64,000 nucleotides of DNA from Mytilus trossulus (taxonomy: Eukaryota). Shown here one piece after another: positions 51,126 through 63,244 of this stretch. Numbering within the stretch: the stretch's first letter is position 1; each line of letters opens with the position of its first letter. Made by a program: the position numbers and the translations under genes. The stretch lies in NCBI RefSeq assembly GCF_036588685.1, contig NC_086380.1, positions 4,836,001-4,900,000 on the forward strand, written 5' to 3'. A model generated the notes under the pieces. It was not told where the DNA came from and did not search any database. It was given only the letters and a program-made list of their open reading frames with translations.

Positions 51126-53965
51126 GTTAAGATAAAATTGAGAATGAAAATGGGGAATGTGTCAAAGTGACAACAACCCGACCAAATAAAAAAACACAAC
51201 AGCAGAAGGTCACCAACAGGTCTTCAATGTAGCGAGAAATTCCCGCACCCGGAGGCGTCCTACAGCTGGCCCCTAAAAAAATATATACTATTATATAGAT
51301 TAGACCGTTGGTTTTCCCGTTTGAATGGTTTTACACTAGTAATTTTGGGGCCCTTTATAGCTTGTTGTTCGGTGTGAGCCAAGGCTCCGTGTTGAAGGCC
51401 GTACTTTAACCTATAATGGTTTAATTTTTAAATTGTTATTTGGATGGAGAGTTGTCTCATTGGCTCTCACACCACATCTTCCTATATCTAGTTCAGTGAT
51501 AATGAACATTTTTACCACATGGTAAATTGTGGTTTGTCATTATTTCGTCTAAAATTTTAATTACCAAACGTGACTTATTCCCGATTGTGACTGTTTTGCT
51601 GAATGTGAATTCGCATTACTATAAGACGTGTTACGGTACTTGTCTATCCCAAATTCATGTATTTTGTTTAAATGTTTAATGTTATAATTGTAATTCTCAT
51701 TGAATTTTGAAAAATTAATCACCGCCTTCATTTATTAGATTTAATTTTGTTCAACGTGATCTGAACGATAATTTACGTTTGAAGTTGGATTCATAACAAA
51801 CTGGACATATATATATATATATATATATATTATAGTTAATTGCTATTTTAAATAAGTATTGCAATATGCATTGTGTTTAAATGTAATATCAGTATTTAGT
51901 TCTAATATAATCTTAAATCCATCCTAATTCTATCTTACTTTTGAATTATAGTTTTTCATATGTGACGTCATTTTTGTGCTGTTTCAGAAATTTCATAAAT
52001 TCAAATGTGACGTTATTTTTGTGCCTTTTCGCCATCGTATGTGACGTCATTTTAATGATTTATTGTGTTGAGGCCCGGACTGAGTCGGTGTGTCTATTCT
52101 GTGTTGGTCTTAGCATTATGTATTCGGGTTTAGTTTTCTGTAATTAGTTAATACTTCAGTTTCATAATGTATATCTCTTTTATATTCATTTGATAAAATT
52201 TACTGTTTGCAATAGCATTAATTGTTCTAAATAATAGGGATGTTCTTATCCCAAGCATAAAAACATAGCCGTATTTGACACAACCTATTTCAACTTTTGA
52301 TCTTCAGTGCTGTACAACTTTGTACTTTTTTCACTTTCGATCTTTTATATCTGGGCGTCACTGGTGAGTCTTGTGTGGACGAGGCGCGTTTTGAGCGTAT
52401 TGAATTTTAAACCTGATGCTTTTTGTTATCTATTAATCATGTGTTTCTTTGTCTAATATGTTCTCCTATTTATTTGTATTATAGTCCTTTACTATTATGT
52501 TGTCATTTCAATGTTATATTTAACATTGCTATTAAAGTGCGAGGTTTGGCATGCCACAAAACCAGGTTCAACCCACCATTTTTTTCCCTTTAAAAATGTC
52601 CTGTACCAAGTCAGGAAGATGGCCATTGTTATATTATTGTTCGTTTCTGTGTGTGTTACATTTTGACGTTAATTGCGTCGTTTGTTTTCTCTAATTTTTT
52701 AGTGTAAATTCACATTGCGATAAGACGTGTCACGGTACTTGTCTATCCCAAATTCATGTATTTGGTTTTGATGTTATATTTGTTATTCTCGTGGGATTTT
52801 GTCTGATGCTTGGTCCGTTTCTGTGTGTCTTACATTTCAGTGTTGTGTCGTTGTTCTCCTTGTATTTAAAGCGTTTCCCTCTGTTTTAGTTTGTTACCCC
52901 GATTTTGTTTATTGTCCATGGATATATGAGTTTTGAACAGCGGTATACTACTGTTGCCTTTATTTAAAGTTATGAAGGCCATATCAAAAACATATGACGT
53001 CACAAATCGTGACATGGGATTTTAGGAAGAGCTTAACAGAAAATACCCAGGCTCATTGACGACCAATTTGACATATCAAATGAGGCTTCGCTTTTATTAT
53101 AACATGTGAGGCCGGAAAAGCTTACTCTTCCGGAGCAACTAAGACCACCCCCGTATTTGGTAGGGTTCGTGTTAGTCTTTAATTTTCTTTGTTGTACATT
53201 TATTTTGTGCAAATTGAGTGCCTGTTTGTTTAATTTTCTTTAGCCATGGCGTTGTCAGTTTATTTCGACATTTTTAAATGGCTTAGATCAAAATTGATAT
53301 CACAAAAGTAGAAAAGAATTCAGGGAGATAAAAAAATTCGAACGAAAAGGTTCCAGGTGGTCTTAATTTAGTTTAAATATAACGACTCTGACTCTAGAAT
53401 CTGAAGCATGCAATGTATTTACAGTTCAATTTTCGTATAATTTGCACTCCAAAAAATCTAAATGTATATACGCATCGGGTTCTGTTGACGTAAACGTTTA
53501 TCATAGAAATAGATTTTTTAGACATTATCACTCCAACCATACACGCTATTTTTGTATAAAACAAACTAATGATCTCCCGCCCTCAACTCAAACTTCTTGA
53601 GGAACTATTTTTGAGAGATTTCTATCGTAGAGTTTAAACTTGAGGGATAATCTTACTTGATCACAATTTAAATGGTTACGTTTACTAAAAGGTTCCTAAT
53701 GACATTTTCCATTAGTAATCTGTCGACATCAGTATTCAAGACAAAACCATGATTGTTTGAAAATATCATCACATATCTTATGATAACACAAACATTAATA
53801 GTATTGTAGCTGTTATAATAGATGATTTATAATTTTTTTCATTGTTATATTCGGGCCTTTCAACGCTGACTATGCGGTATGGGCCTTGATCATTGTTGCA
53901 GGCCGTACGGTGACCTATAATTGTTAATGTCTGTGTCACTTTGGTCTCTTGTGGACAGTTGTCTC

Positions 53966-55441
53966 ATTTCCAATTATACCACATCTTTTTTTATATTTAT
54001 TGAAATGTCAGATAGCATACATGGCATCCTAGCTTAAAAGTTAACATGACCACAATATCATCAGTACTATTTTGTTTTAGAATAATAAACACAATTACAT
54101 TAGGAATCGTTCAGTTAGAAGTCTTGTATATAGTGTATTCGAACTATGCCTACTCAATTACACTAGCAATCAAAGTACTGAAGTACTGACCGCAAGTTCT
54201 TGTGGATGGTCACAAGCACAAGTGTCTCAGAAAATGAATCACATCTTTAAACTTGAAAGTAAGTACATAGATATATATCTTTTCTGAGATCGTGTGTGGA
54301 TGATGAATAAATGGCAGGAAATTCAACATCACCGTAATACCAGTGTCTCAGAAAATAAATCACATCTCTATACCTAAAAGTAAGGTTAAGGAACATAGAT
54401 ATATATTTTTTTCTGAGATCGTGTGTTGATGATGATTACATGACAAGGAATTCAACCTCGCCGTAATAACTATTATATTGTAGGGATATAATCATTTGTG
54501 ATCAGTATATTTTGGTTTGTTATTATATATTATACTAGGACACACCCGTGATATCGCTGGTCCGTGACTAAATTAGAGTATATAACTATGCGTATTATCT
54601 GATAAAGTCATGCGGATTATAAGATGCACAGTTTTCTCTGCTTCCAAAATCTTTTTGTTTGAACCCTTCTACCTAGAACTTATCAGTTATTGGTAATGTT
54701 AATTTCCAATTATACCACATCTTTTTTTATATTTATTGAAATGTCAGATAGCATACATGGCATCCTAGCTTAAAAGTTAACATGACTACAATATCATCAG
54801 TACTATTTTGTTTTAGAATAATAAACACAATTACATTAGGAATCGTTCAGTTAGAAGTCTTGTATATAGTGTATTCGAACTATGCCTACTCAATTACACT
54901 AGCAATCAAAGTACTGAAGTACTGACCGCAAGTTCTTGTGGATGGTCACAAGCACAAGTGTCTCAGAAAATGAATCACATCTTTAAACTTGAAAGTAAGT
55001 ACATAGATATATATCTTTTCTGAGATCGTGTGTGGATGATGAATAAATGGCAGGAAATTCAACATCACCGTAATACCAGTGTCTCAGAAAATAAATCACA
55101 TCTCTATACCTAAAAGTAAGGTTAAGGAACATAGATATATATTTTTTTCTGAGATCGTGTGTTGATGATGATTACATGACAAGGAATTCAACCTCGCCGT
55201 AATAACTATTATATTGTAGGGATATAATCATTTGTGATCAGTATATTTTGGTTTGTTATTATATATTATACTAGGACACACCCGTGATATCGCTGGTCCG
55301 TGACTAAATTAGAGTATATAACTATGCGTATTATCTGATAAAGTCATGCGGATTATAAGATGCACAGTTTTCTCTGCTTCCAAAATCTTTTTGTTTGAAC
55401 CCTTCTACCTAGAACTTATCAGTTATTGGTAATGTTAATTT
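53966..55441. repeat. 736-bp tandem duplication (2 copies, no differences seen)
   Basis: TTCCAATTATACCACATC at ~53968 and ~54704; CTAGGACACACCCGTG at 54535 and 55271 (period 736). Confidence 0.92.
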
Positions 55442-55615
55442 TTTGAAAAACGTAAGGTCCTGGAACGGATTATTTTTTAATCAACAGGATTGTCCTATTT
55501 TAGGTATACATAAAGTTGAATTATTTTATTCACTGTTTTATATCATACCCGATAACAAATTGAAAACCGTACCTATACGTCTTATTTTAAGTCCAGATTT
55601 TTAGTATTCGCATTG
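55271..55615 (-). mobile_element. Helitron-like element 3' end (second copy at 54535-54701)
   Basis: Minus strand ends ...CAGCGATATCACGGGTGTGTCCTAG|T, i.e. an imperfect subterminal hairpin, terminal CTAG and following T. Absent at the paralogous site (~17330). The 5' limit is approximate. Confidence 0.6.
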
Positions 55616-55664
55616 TCTATTTCAATGTGCAATAAAGATATGCAGAACGAGTTTGACAATATCA

Positions 55665-56148
55665 TTATACCCCCGATTTAAAAAAAAAGGGGGGTATACT
55701 GCTTTATCTCTGTCTGTCCTTCCGTCAGTTCGTCAGTCAGTCCGTCCGTCCGTCCGTCCCATGAATATATTTTGTCGCATTTTTCTCAGGAACTACAATT
55801 CAACGATTTCTGAAATTTGGTTTCAGGGTTTATCTAAGTCAGACATACCGTGTGATGCGTTTTCAGATTGATCACTTGAAAACTTCCTGTTTACCGAACA
55901 CTTGTATGATTTTACACATGATAGCCAAGTTGAAAATTTTCGTCACATTTTTCTCAGGAACTACAATACAAGAATTTCTGAAATTTGGTTTCAGGATTTA
56001 TATAAGTCAGCTATACCGTGTGATGCGTTTTCAGATTCATCACTCTACAACTTCCTGTTTACCGAACACTTTGATATTTTTACACTATTTATATTATCCA
56101 CTTGCGGCGGGGGTATCATCAGTGAGCAGTAGCTCGCAGTTTCACTTG
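55665..56148 (+). mobile_element. Helentron-associated HINE (DINE-1-like)
   Basis: SubTIRs ATACCCCCG (55667) / CGGGGGTAT (~56108), (GTCC)n microsatellite, two ~168-bp core repeats, 3' stem-loop GTGAGCAGTAGCTCGC. Confidence 0.85.
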
Positions 56149-56157
56149 CTGAATATA

Positions 56158-57035
56158 AATAAACTCATCATAGATACCAGGACTAAATTTAGTATATACG
56201 CAAGACGCGTTTCGTCTACAAAAGACTCATAAGTGAATCTCGAATCCAAAAAAGTTAAAAAGGCCAAATAAAGTACGAAGTTGAAGAGTATTGAGAACCA
56301 AAATTCCTAATGTGTTGCCAAATACAGCTAAGGTAATCAATGCCTGAGGTAGAAAAGCCTTAGTATTTCAAAAAATGCCAAAATTTGTAAACAGTAAATT
56401 TATAAATATAACCGTATCAATGACATTTCATGTCAGCACAAAAAATGCTGACTACTGGACTTGTGATACCCTCGGGGGGGGGGGGGGGGAATAAATCTCC
56501 ACCAGCAGTGGCATCGACCTAGTGGTTGTAAATAAACTCATCATAGATACCAGGACTAAATTTAGTATATACGCCAGACGCGTTTCGTCTACAAAAAAAT
56601 TATCAGTGACGCTCAGTCCAAAAAAGTTAAAAAGGCCAAATAAAGTACGAAGTTGAAGAGCATTGAAAACCAAAATTCCTAAAAGTGTTGCCAAATACAG
56701 CTAAGGTAATCTATGCCTGGATAGAGAAGCCTTAGTATTTCAAAAAAATCAAAAATGTGTAAACAGTAAATTTATAAATATAACCATATCAATGACAATT
56801 CATGTCAGCACAAAAAGTGCTGACTACTGGGCTTGTGATACCCTTGGGGAAATAAATCTCCACCAGCAGTGGCATTGACCCAGTGGTTGTAAATAAACTC
56901 ATCATAGATACCAGGACTAAATTTAGTATATACGCCAGACGCGTTTCGTCTACAAACGACTTATCAATGACGCTCGATCCAAAAAAGTTAAAAAGGCCAA
57001 ATAAAGTACGAAGTTGAAGAGCATTGAGAACCAAA
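56158..57035. repeat. Tandem array (~2.4 copies, 361-373 bp) of the dispersed ~370-bp repeat, inverted orientation
   Basis: AAACTCATCATAGATACCAGGACTAAATTTAG starts at 56161, 56534 and 56895. Confidence 0.88.
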
Positions 57036-57177
57036 ATGTAATATAGTGGACAAATATTGAGAACAAAACTTTAAGATTCAGTGATGATTCAATGGCTCTT
57101 CTCTTTATCTACCAATCAGCCATTTACACGTGATCAGCAACAAATGCACATGCATGTTTACATGAAAACAAGCCTTA

Positions 57178-58030
57178 GGCAGTGTTCACATTGACATCAA
57201 CTCGGTGTTGTGTTAGTGTAACTCACACATTAACTGAACATTATTACTTTCTCATTGATAAAACTCAATGTTTAAATGTAGTGTAAATCATGTTTTGTCT
57301 ACAAGCAGTCGATATTCGATGTAGACCTTGTGTAGGTTAAATGTACACAAAAAAAGGCATTCTGAACAACGATTCACTCATAAATGCATTACTGAAAAAG
57401 GGTGAGGCTTATTGTGTGTTTGTGCAGCAATTCAAGTCCGTTAAAATACAGTTAGAAAAAACCATAACCCCCTCCTTTTGCTAAATACTCCTTGGAGAAA
57501 AAATACCATTTGAAACAAACAGAAAAGATAGATATGTAGTGATCCTTAAACATTGCAATTCTATTTCTTCGGATGGTCTGTAAGCAAGCTGATACAGCCT
57601 ATGTTTTTAATGCGTAATCGAGACATCTGAGTCAGAATTTTTTCTCGGGCGAAAGTTTATATTTATTTATTTTTTCCATGGTACCAATTCAATATTTGAC
57701 ACTATAATGTATGTGCAAACTTTGGATTCAGGACATTTGTTCATTCTAATCATCTGTATGAACCGATTTTAAAAAAATCAAATTGTGGTAAAATCACCCC
57801 CCTTTTTAAAGTCAAATGGTTGTTCCCTATAAACTGCTAAAAAAGTTGTTCGAAAATTTGAATTCTGTTCTACGTAATGAACATTTAAATGACATAAACT
57901 TTACAAGTGTGAACAAAACTTATGTACAGGTAGCTAAACAAGGTGTATAGAAGTGAACAAATTTAATGTGAAACTAGTGTGCATTACATTAAACCAAATG
58001 TAGTACAAAGCGTTTGGTGTGAACACGGCC
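57178..58030. mobile_element. PIF/Harbinger-type MITE
   Basis: TTA|GGCAGTGTTCACA ... TGTGAACACGGCC|TAA; interrupts the CCTAAGATAATCAG motif that is intact in paralogs. Confidence 0.78.
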
Positions 58031-58554
58031 TAAGATAATCAGTCAGGTATTTATAGAGTAGAACAATATGTAGCTAATTTGACAGTGTTTCTCATCATTA
58101 TAAATAAAAATTTAAGCTCCGAGCAGACTACTTAACTAATGCAGACGATTACTAGTAATTAATCGCAAACTATAATAACAGCAATCGATTAATAAAATAG
58201 AAAAATTAAAGGCATAAATCACAAAACAATATAAATAACACATGAATGAGTGAACTTGTAACACATATGTTGCACTTTGTATGTAGCTAGGAATACGATG
58301 CTCACTCTAATTATTTGTTTATGTTAACTTTGATTGCGACGTCATAATTTGTTTAATGGGTACGCCAAAACACTTCCATAGCCACTATCAAGAATTGCCG
58401 ACATAAATGAAGACATAAAAAAATCAGAATTAAATTTCAGGAAAATGCTTTATTTATTACTAGATGAATATATTAAATTTTCTCAGTCTCCTACTAAACA
58501 CCTCCAAAACATTTCTCATTTCCAGATCAATTTCTTCTAAAAGATTTTACAGGT

Positions 58555-59467
58555 TTACTCGGTAATTAGATATCCGGAAAATGTCGATCTATGATCTCCA
58601 TAAATGTATTCCTTAGCATTAATATGTTTGACATAAACTGTGTCATTCTTCTTTAATGCCACCACAACATTCAGAGTCCCAGTCGATAATTTAGTACCGA
58701 AAGCTCTGACCAGTTTCTCATTATTCTTCCACAAATCGCAGTGTAAATGACTGCTGAGATAAGACATAACCGTTGTTGAAATAGAGTAGAGTCCCGCTTT
58801 CAGCGCAGTAAAAACTCCAGTTTTCTTATCGTAAGCTCCACCCATATTTAGCCATATTTTGTCAAATATAACAACTTCGTATCGACCAAGATTTCTGTGT
58901 GATGTAAGTGATGCTGTAAAAGCTGGTCTTTCTTTTTCTCGTCCTGGTTCTGTAAAAAATAATTTCCAATGTAGTTTGCTTAACACATGGAAAATAACCC
59001 AATACAAACTTTAATGCTAAATGAAATTATGTTAACTGAGAGGGAAAACATACCCTTTGATAGAGAAATCAAATAAAGCAGCATTAAAACAATATCTCTT
59101 ATTTAAAAAACAAATTTTGACGCATACGTTCAGAATTCAAAATACATTGTCATGCGAATTTTCTTTGATCGATTTTTTAAAAAAGCTACTGAAATACATG
59201 AACTTTATACATACCGTATCCAATGTCAGCAAGAACAGCCTGTTTTATCCGAGGAATCATCTCGTTCATGGTATCTTCTACTGTCTTCTTTATAGCGGCC
59301 CTCAATACCTCGTTAAGTTTCGTGGTATCGAACATAGCAACTAAAGGCATATTTAGATTGTCCAGTAGTGGTATCTCAGTAGAGGAGTTGTTAGGTTTTT
59401 GTCCTTTCCCGTATTTGATAATAATTGTTACGACAAAAATTAATAATACAATCGCTTTAAGTGTCAT
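58555..59467 (-). CDS. C1q domain-containing secreted protein, g8 (215 aa; exon 1 59467-59215, exon 2 58949-58555)
   Basis: Divergent signal peptide MTLKAIVLLIFVVTIIIKYGKG, 265-nt GT-AG intron, intact gC1q exon. Confidence 0.92.
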
Positions 59468-61672
59468 TGTTACAACTTTAACCGAAATTTTCTTTACTCC
59501 AACTGTTTAGTTAACAACAATACAGATTGGATATGTTTCGGAAATAAAATACATGAGAAGTAACATATATGTGTATATAATATATATATAATATAGCACG
59601 CCATTTATAAATTAACATATTTAATTCACGAAAAGCGCAGCTTTTTGTGACTAAATATGTAAGTGAGTAAGGTATGGCTATATATGATTTGTACCATTAA
59701 TTGTCTTTGATTCAGGTCAAAAGTTTAATGGCTGTATGCTGACCATAATAACTTAACTGTACTTTTTGGTATGTCAATCCATAGTGGCGTGATACTAAAC
59801 ATGCTAAATTTGATTTTCAGAACATGAACAAATTCAGCAGATGATAATTGAATATGTAGTTTAGATACAGGAACATTTAAATTGATTCAGATATTCAAAT
59901 TTGTTAGCTATTTATGTATTATTGAATAGTTTTTATCTCCCCGACAATTCTCTATAAACAGGGATGTGGGTATGTTAGGTGGATGTAACATTTTTTATGA
60001 TGTTTTTATGCCTTCAAAACAGAAAAGGGCGAGTAGTTTCAAATAGTTTTTAACGTTGTGATAAGACGAAAACTATTTCCCAAGTCCCAACAACTGTACA
60101 GATATCGATTTATTGAATTAAATGTTCGTTTATTACGAGAAAGGTATAGGAAACAAATATTTGAAGTTCGATCAATTTACGGAGATAGACCTTTATGAAA
60201 TGGAGAAAATTATTAAACATCCAGTGACATATATTTTTGTTTTAGAATATTATTGATTTCGAAAAGATAAAATCAGGAATCCAACAACATTACTGTTGGA
60301 AAATATATATAGTTAGATCTATTACATTTTGTTTCATTATTTGTTTCATTATTTGTTTCTCGAAGGAGGCGGTGCCAGACTGTGCATTAACAACTCTATT
60401 ATGGAAGATCCAGCACTGTTTTAAGGTCCTCCTATTCTATTCTCTGCAATTCAAACGAGATGCGGTCAAAGGCGGGAATGGCTTGTGAAATAAAAAAAAT
60501 ATTACCATCCATATTACAAGTATTTATATGCATCACTCACCTTGTTGTCCCCCCTCCCCAAGCAAAAAAAAACAACCCCAAAACCTCACTGAGGATTTGT
60601 TTTTCCTTTCTTGCAAATTAAAGACCGACACATAATGTAAAGTTCGTAGTCTTTGAACAGCTTTTTATTGGATACCAAAGGGAACTGATCTGATTGGACC
60701 AATGCCAACGTATATGGTAGACATACATTTGTTTTTTGACATTATCACTTCAATCACAAGATATGTATACAAAACAAAATAAGTATATAATTTCTGTGCT
60801 ATCAGCATGTTTTTGGAATTGTATCCTTAACTTATCAACTGTAAAATAAAATATCTTAGCTGTTATTGCGCTTGCTCACAATGTTAATAACAATCATTTT
60901 AAAAACATATACATTTGAATGCAATAAGTTTTATATTACCATCATTCGTATATTAAGATATCAGATATCGTCACATTTTAAACATGACATCATCGATTGG
61001 AAATAAACGCTAATACCTTTTAACATTTCAAAATAAAAACTGAGAATAGAAACGAGGAACGTTTTAAAAAGACATCAAAGAGCCGAAAACAGTACAAGTA
61101 TCCATTTCAGATTAAGAAGTAAAGTTGACAAAGTTAAGGAGCCACAAAGAAATGCTTTTTTTTTTGGTACGTTCAAAGAAAAATATTGAATATTATATTA
61201 CAGAAATATTCTCTTTTAGTATGGTAACTGCTAAAGGAAATCATATGATAGGAAATTTAGGCTCTGATTATCAAAAATCAAAATGGTGGTACACACATCA
61301 AACTCGGGTCCCGCTGAAATGCTGCTCCAAAAGCAATTGAAAGCTCACAATGAAAACAAAGTCATGTCTTTATCTTTTCTTTTTTTTTTTAATCTTCTTA
61401 TTAGAGTTAATTTACCAATTGCAGAACTAAACGTCCTGATCGTATATTTTATAGAGAAACAGTGAGAAAGATATAAGTGAATCTGATTAAACCTAAAACG
61501 ATTTTTGTTCTGATACACGTCTTTTGCGACCTAAAATCGTTATGGGTATTTTCTCATATTTTTTTTTATATCATTCTCCAATGCTAGTAATGAGTTTTAA
61601 CCAAGTCCTAGTATTAATCCATATTTTGCTTAAGCTTGTCATATTCCATAATTCACTTTAGTTTCATTAGTT

Positions 61673-62044
61673 TTACTGTTCATTGATTAGATATGCAGAA
61701 AACATACTATAGTTCCTTCCTAATATCTTTTCCCCATCTTTTTTGTCGTGTTTTATGTAGATAAATTCCCCTTTTTTCACTGTGTAGTATTCCCGGAAAA
61801 GAATTATTCCCATATAGTATAAATGTGACTTGATTGAGAGGTGACAGTGTATGTATGGACATAACAGTACTTGATAGGAAGTACAATCCGTTTCTTGGAA
61901 CCGTAAACACCCCTGTAGTAGGGTTATAAGCATTGCCCACATTTAGCCATACTTGGTCAAATTTTATAATTTCATTAGAATGTGGTGTATTTTACGTTTT
62001 CATTGATGCTGTAAATGCGGGTCTTTCATGTATTCGTCCAGGTT
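61673..62044 (-). pseudogene. Divergent C1q-domain exon, pseudogenised (g9)
   Basis: Acceptor AG at 62046-62045, then EPGRIHERPAFTASMKT*NTPHSNEIIKFDQVWLNVGNAYNPTTGVFTVPRNGLYFLSSTVMS. In-frame TAA at 61994-61992. After a frameshift near 61850 it reads ...HCHL...VKKGEFIYIKH...YSMFSAYLINEQ*. No matching exon 1 seen inside the window. Confidence 0.85.
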
Positions 62045-63244
62045 CTATAATAGAATGGAAATAATAATCAAGGTATAGACATGTTACAAATAAAGGATAG
62101 TTCTAAAATGATGAACAAATCATATTTTTACTGTCAAAACTGAATGCAACGACTCCTTCTAGAATGCTATACTTAATTATTACTTATGAACGCTGTTTTC
62201 ATCTGATGAGTTAAGCTCTTTTCAACTGATTGCTATAGTTTGTTCTTATGTTGTACTGTTACATCACTTGGCCCAGCAATCATGTTTATTCCTGTTCAAA
62301 CCTGTATGGCTTTGATCAAATTGGGAGCCTACAATTCAGTGATTTTAACTGTTGCTGTAATCATATTTTTTTGGTTTGTTAATTCTATATCAGCCAATAC
62401 TGGCGTGAATGGTTTACATTTGTCATTTTAGGCATTTTTTGTATCTTATTATGCCATGTGGGATTTGCTCATTGTCGAAGGCCCAACGATGACCTCTAGT
62501 TGTTAGCTTCAATGTTATTCAGTCTCTGACGGAGGGTCGTCTCATCGGCAATCATACTACTTCTTCTTATTTTGATATGTAAAAAAACTCATCATAGATA
62601 CCAGGACTAAATTCAGTATATACGCCAGACGTGCGTTTCGCCTACAAAAGACTCATCAGTGACGCTCGAATCTAAAAAAGTTAAAAAGGCCAAATAAAGT
62701 ACGAAGTTGAAGAGCATTGAGGAACAAAATTCTTAAATGTTTTGCCAAATATAGCTAAGGTAATCTATGCCTAAGGTAGAAAATCCTTAGCATTTGTATA
62801 ATGTATGTGTATATATCTGATATTAATTATGTCTTAGACATTTGTCGTGCAACGGGAAATCGATTTCATATTCTTAACTCTACTTCTCCTTAAGCCAATC
62901 CTGTCAGTTCTCATGATATAAATCGCTTAGTATAAACTACTAGGATTTAGTTGATAAAATTAGTCAGAATGCTTATTTGATTGAACTAAAACTAAGGTTT
63001 TTATTACATTGAATGAGTTAAGCGTATATTTTTTAATCAGTTATGCTATTAACTTTCCCTGAAAAATGATACTGTATTTGTTTTCTGGAGCTAACCTAGT
63101 GAAAGTTAACATTGCACCCATCTCAGAAAATACTCATAACTTAGGTACCAGCTATTATGTTTTGATTATACTGGACAGAGACGTTTAATAAATGTTGTAT
63201 TTCGTTTGTCATTGTTTCCTAATGAAACAATTGTTTTTTAATGA

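Larger units (their letters stand above)
40560..54530. repeat. Segmental duplication of ~6040-17320 (g1+g2 block copied as g6+g7 block)
   Basis: Collinear high identity through genes, introns and unique spacer (e.g. 10400-11700 vs 44320-46050), interrupted by copy-specific insertions. Boundaries are approximate. Confidence 0.85.
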
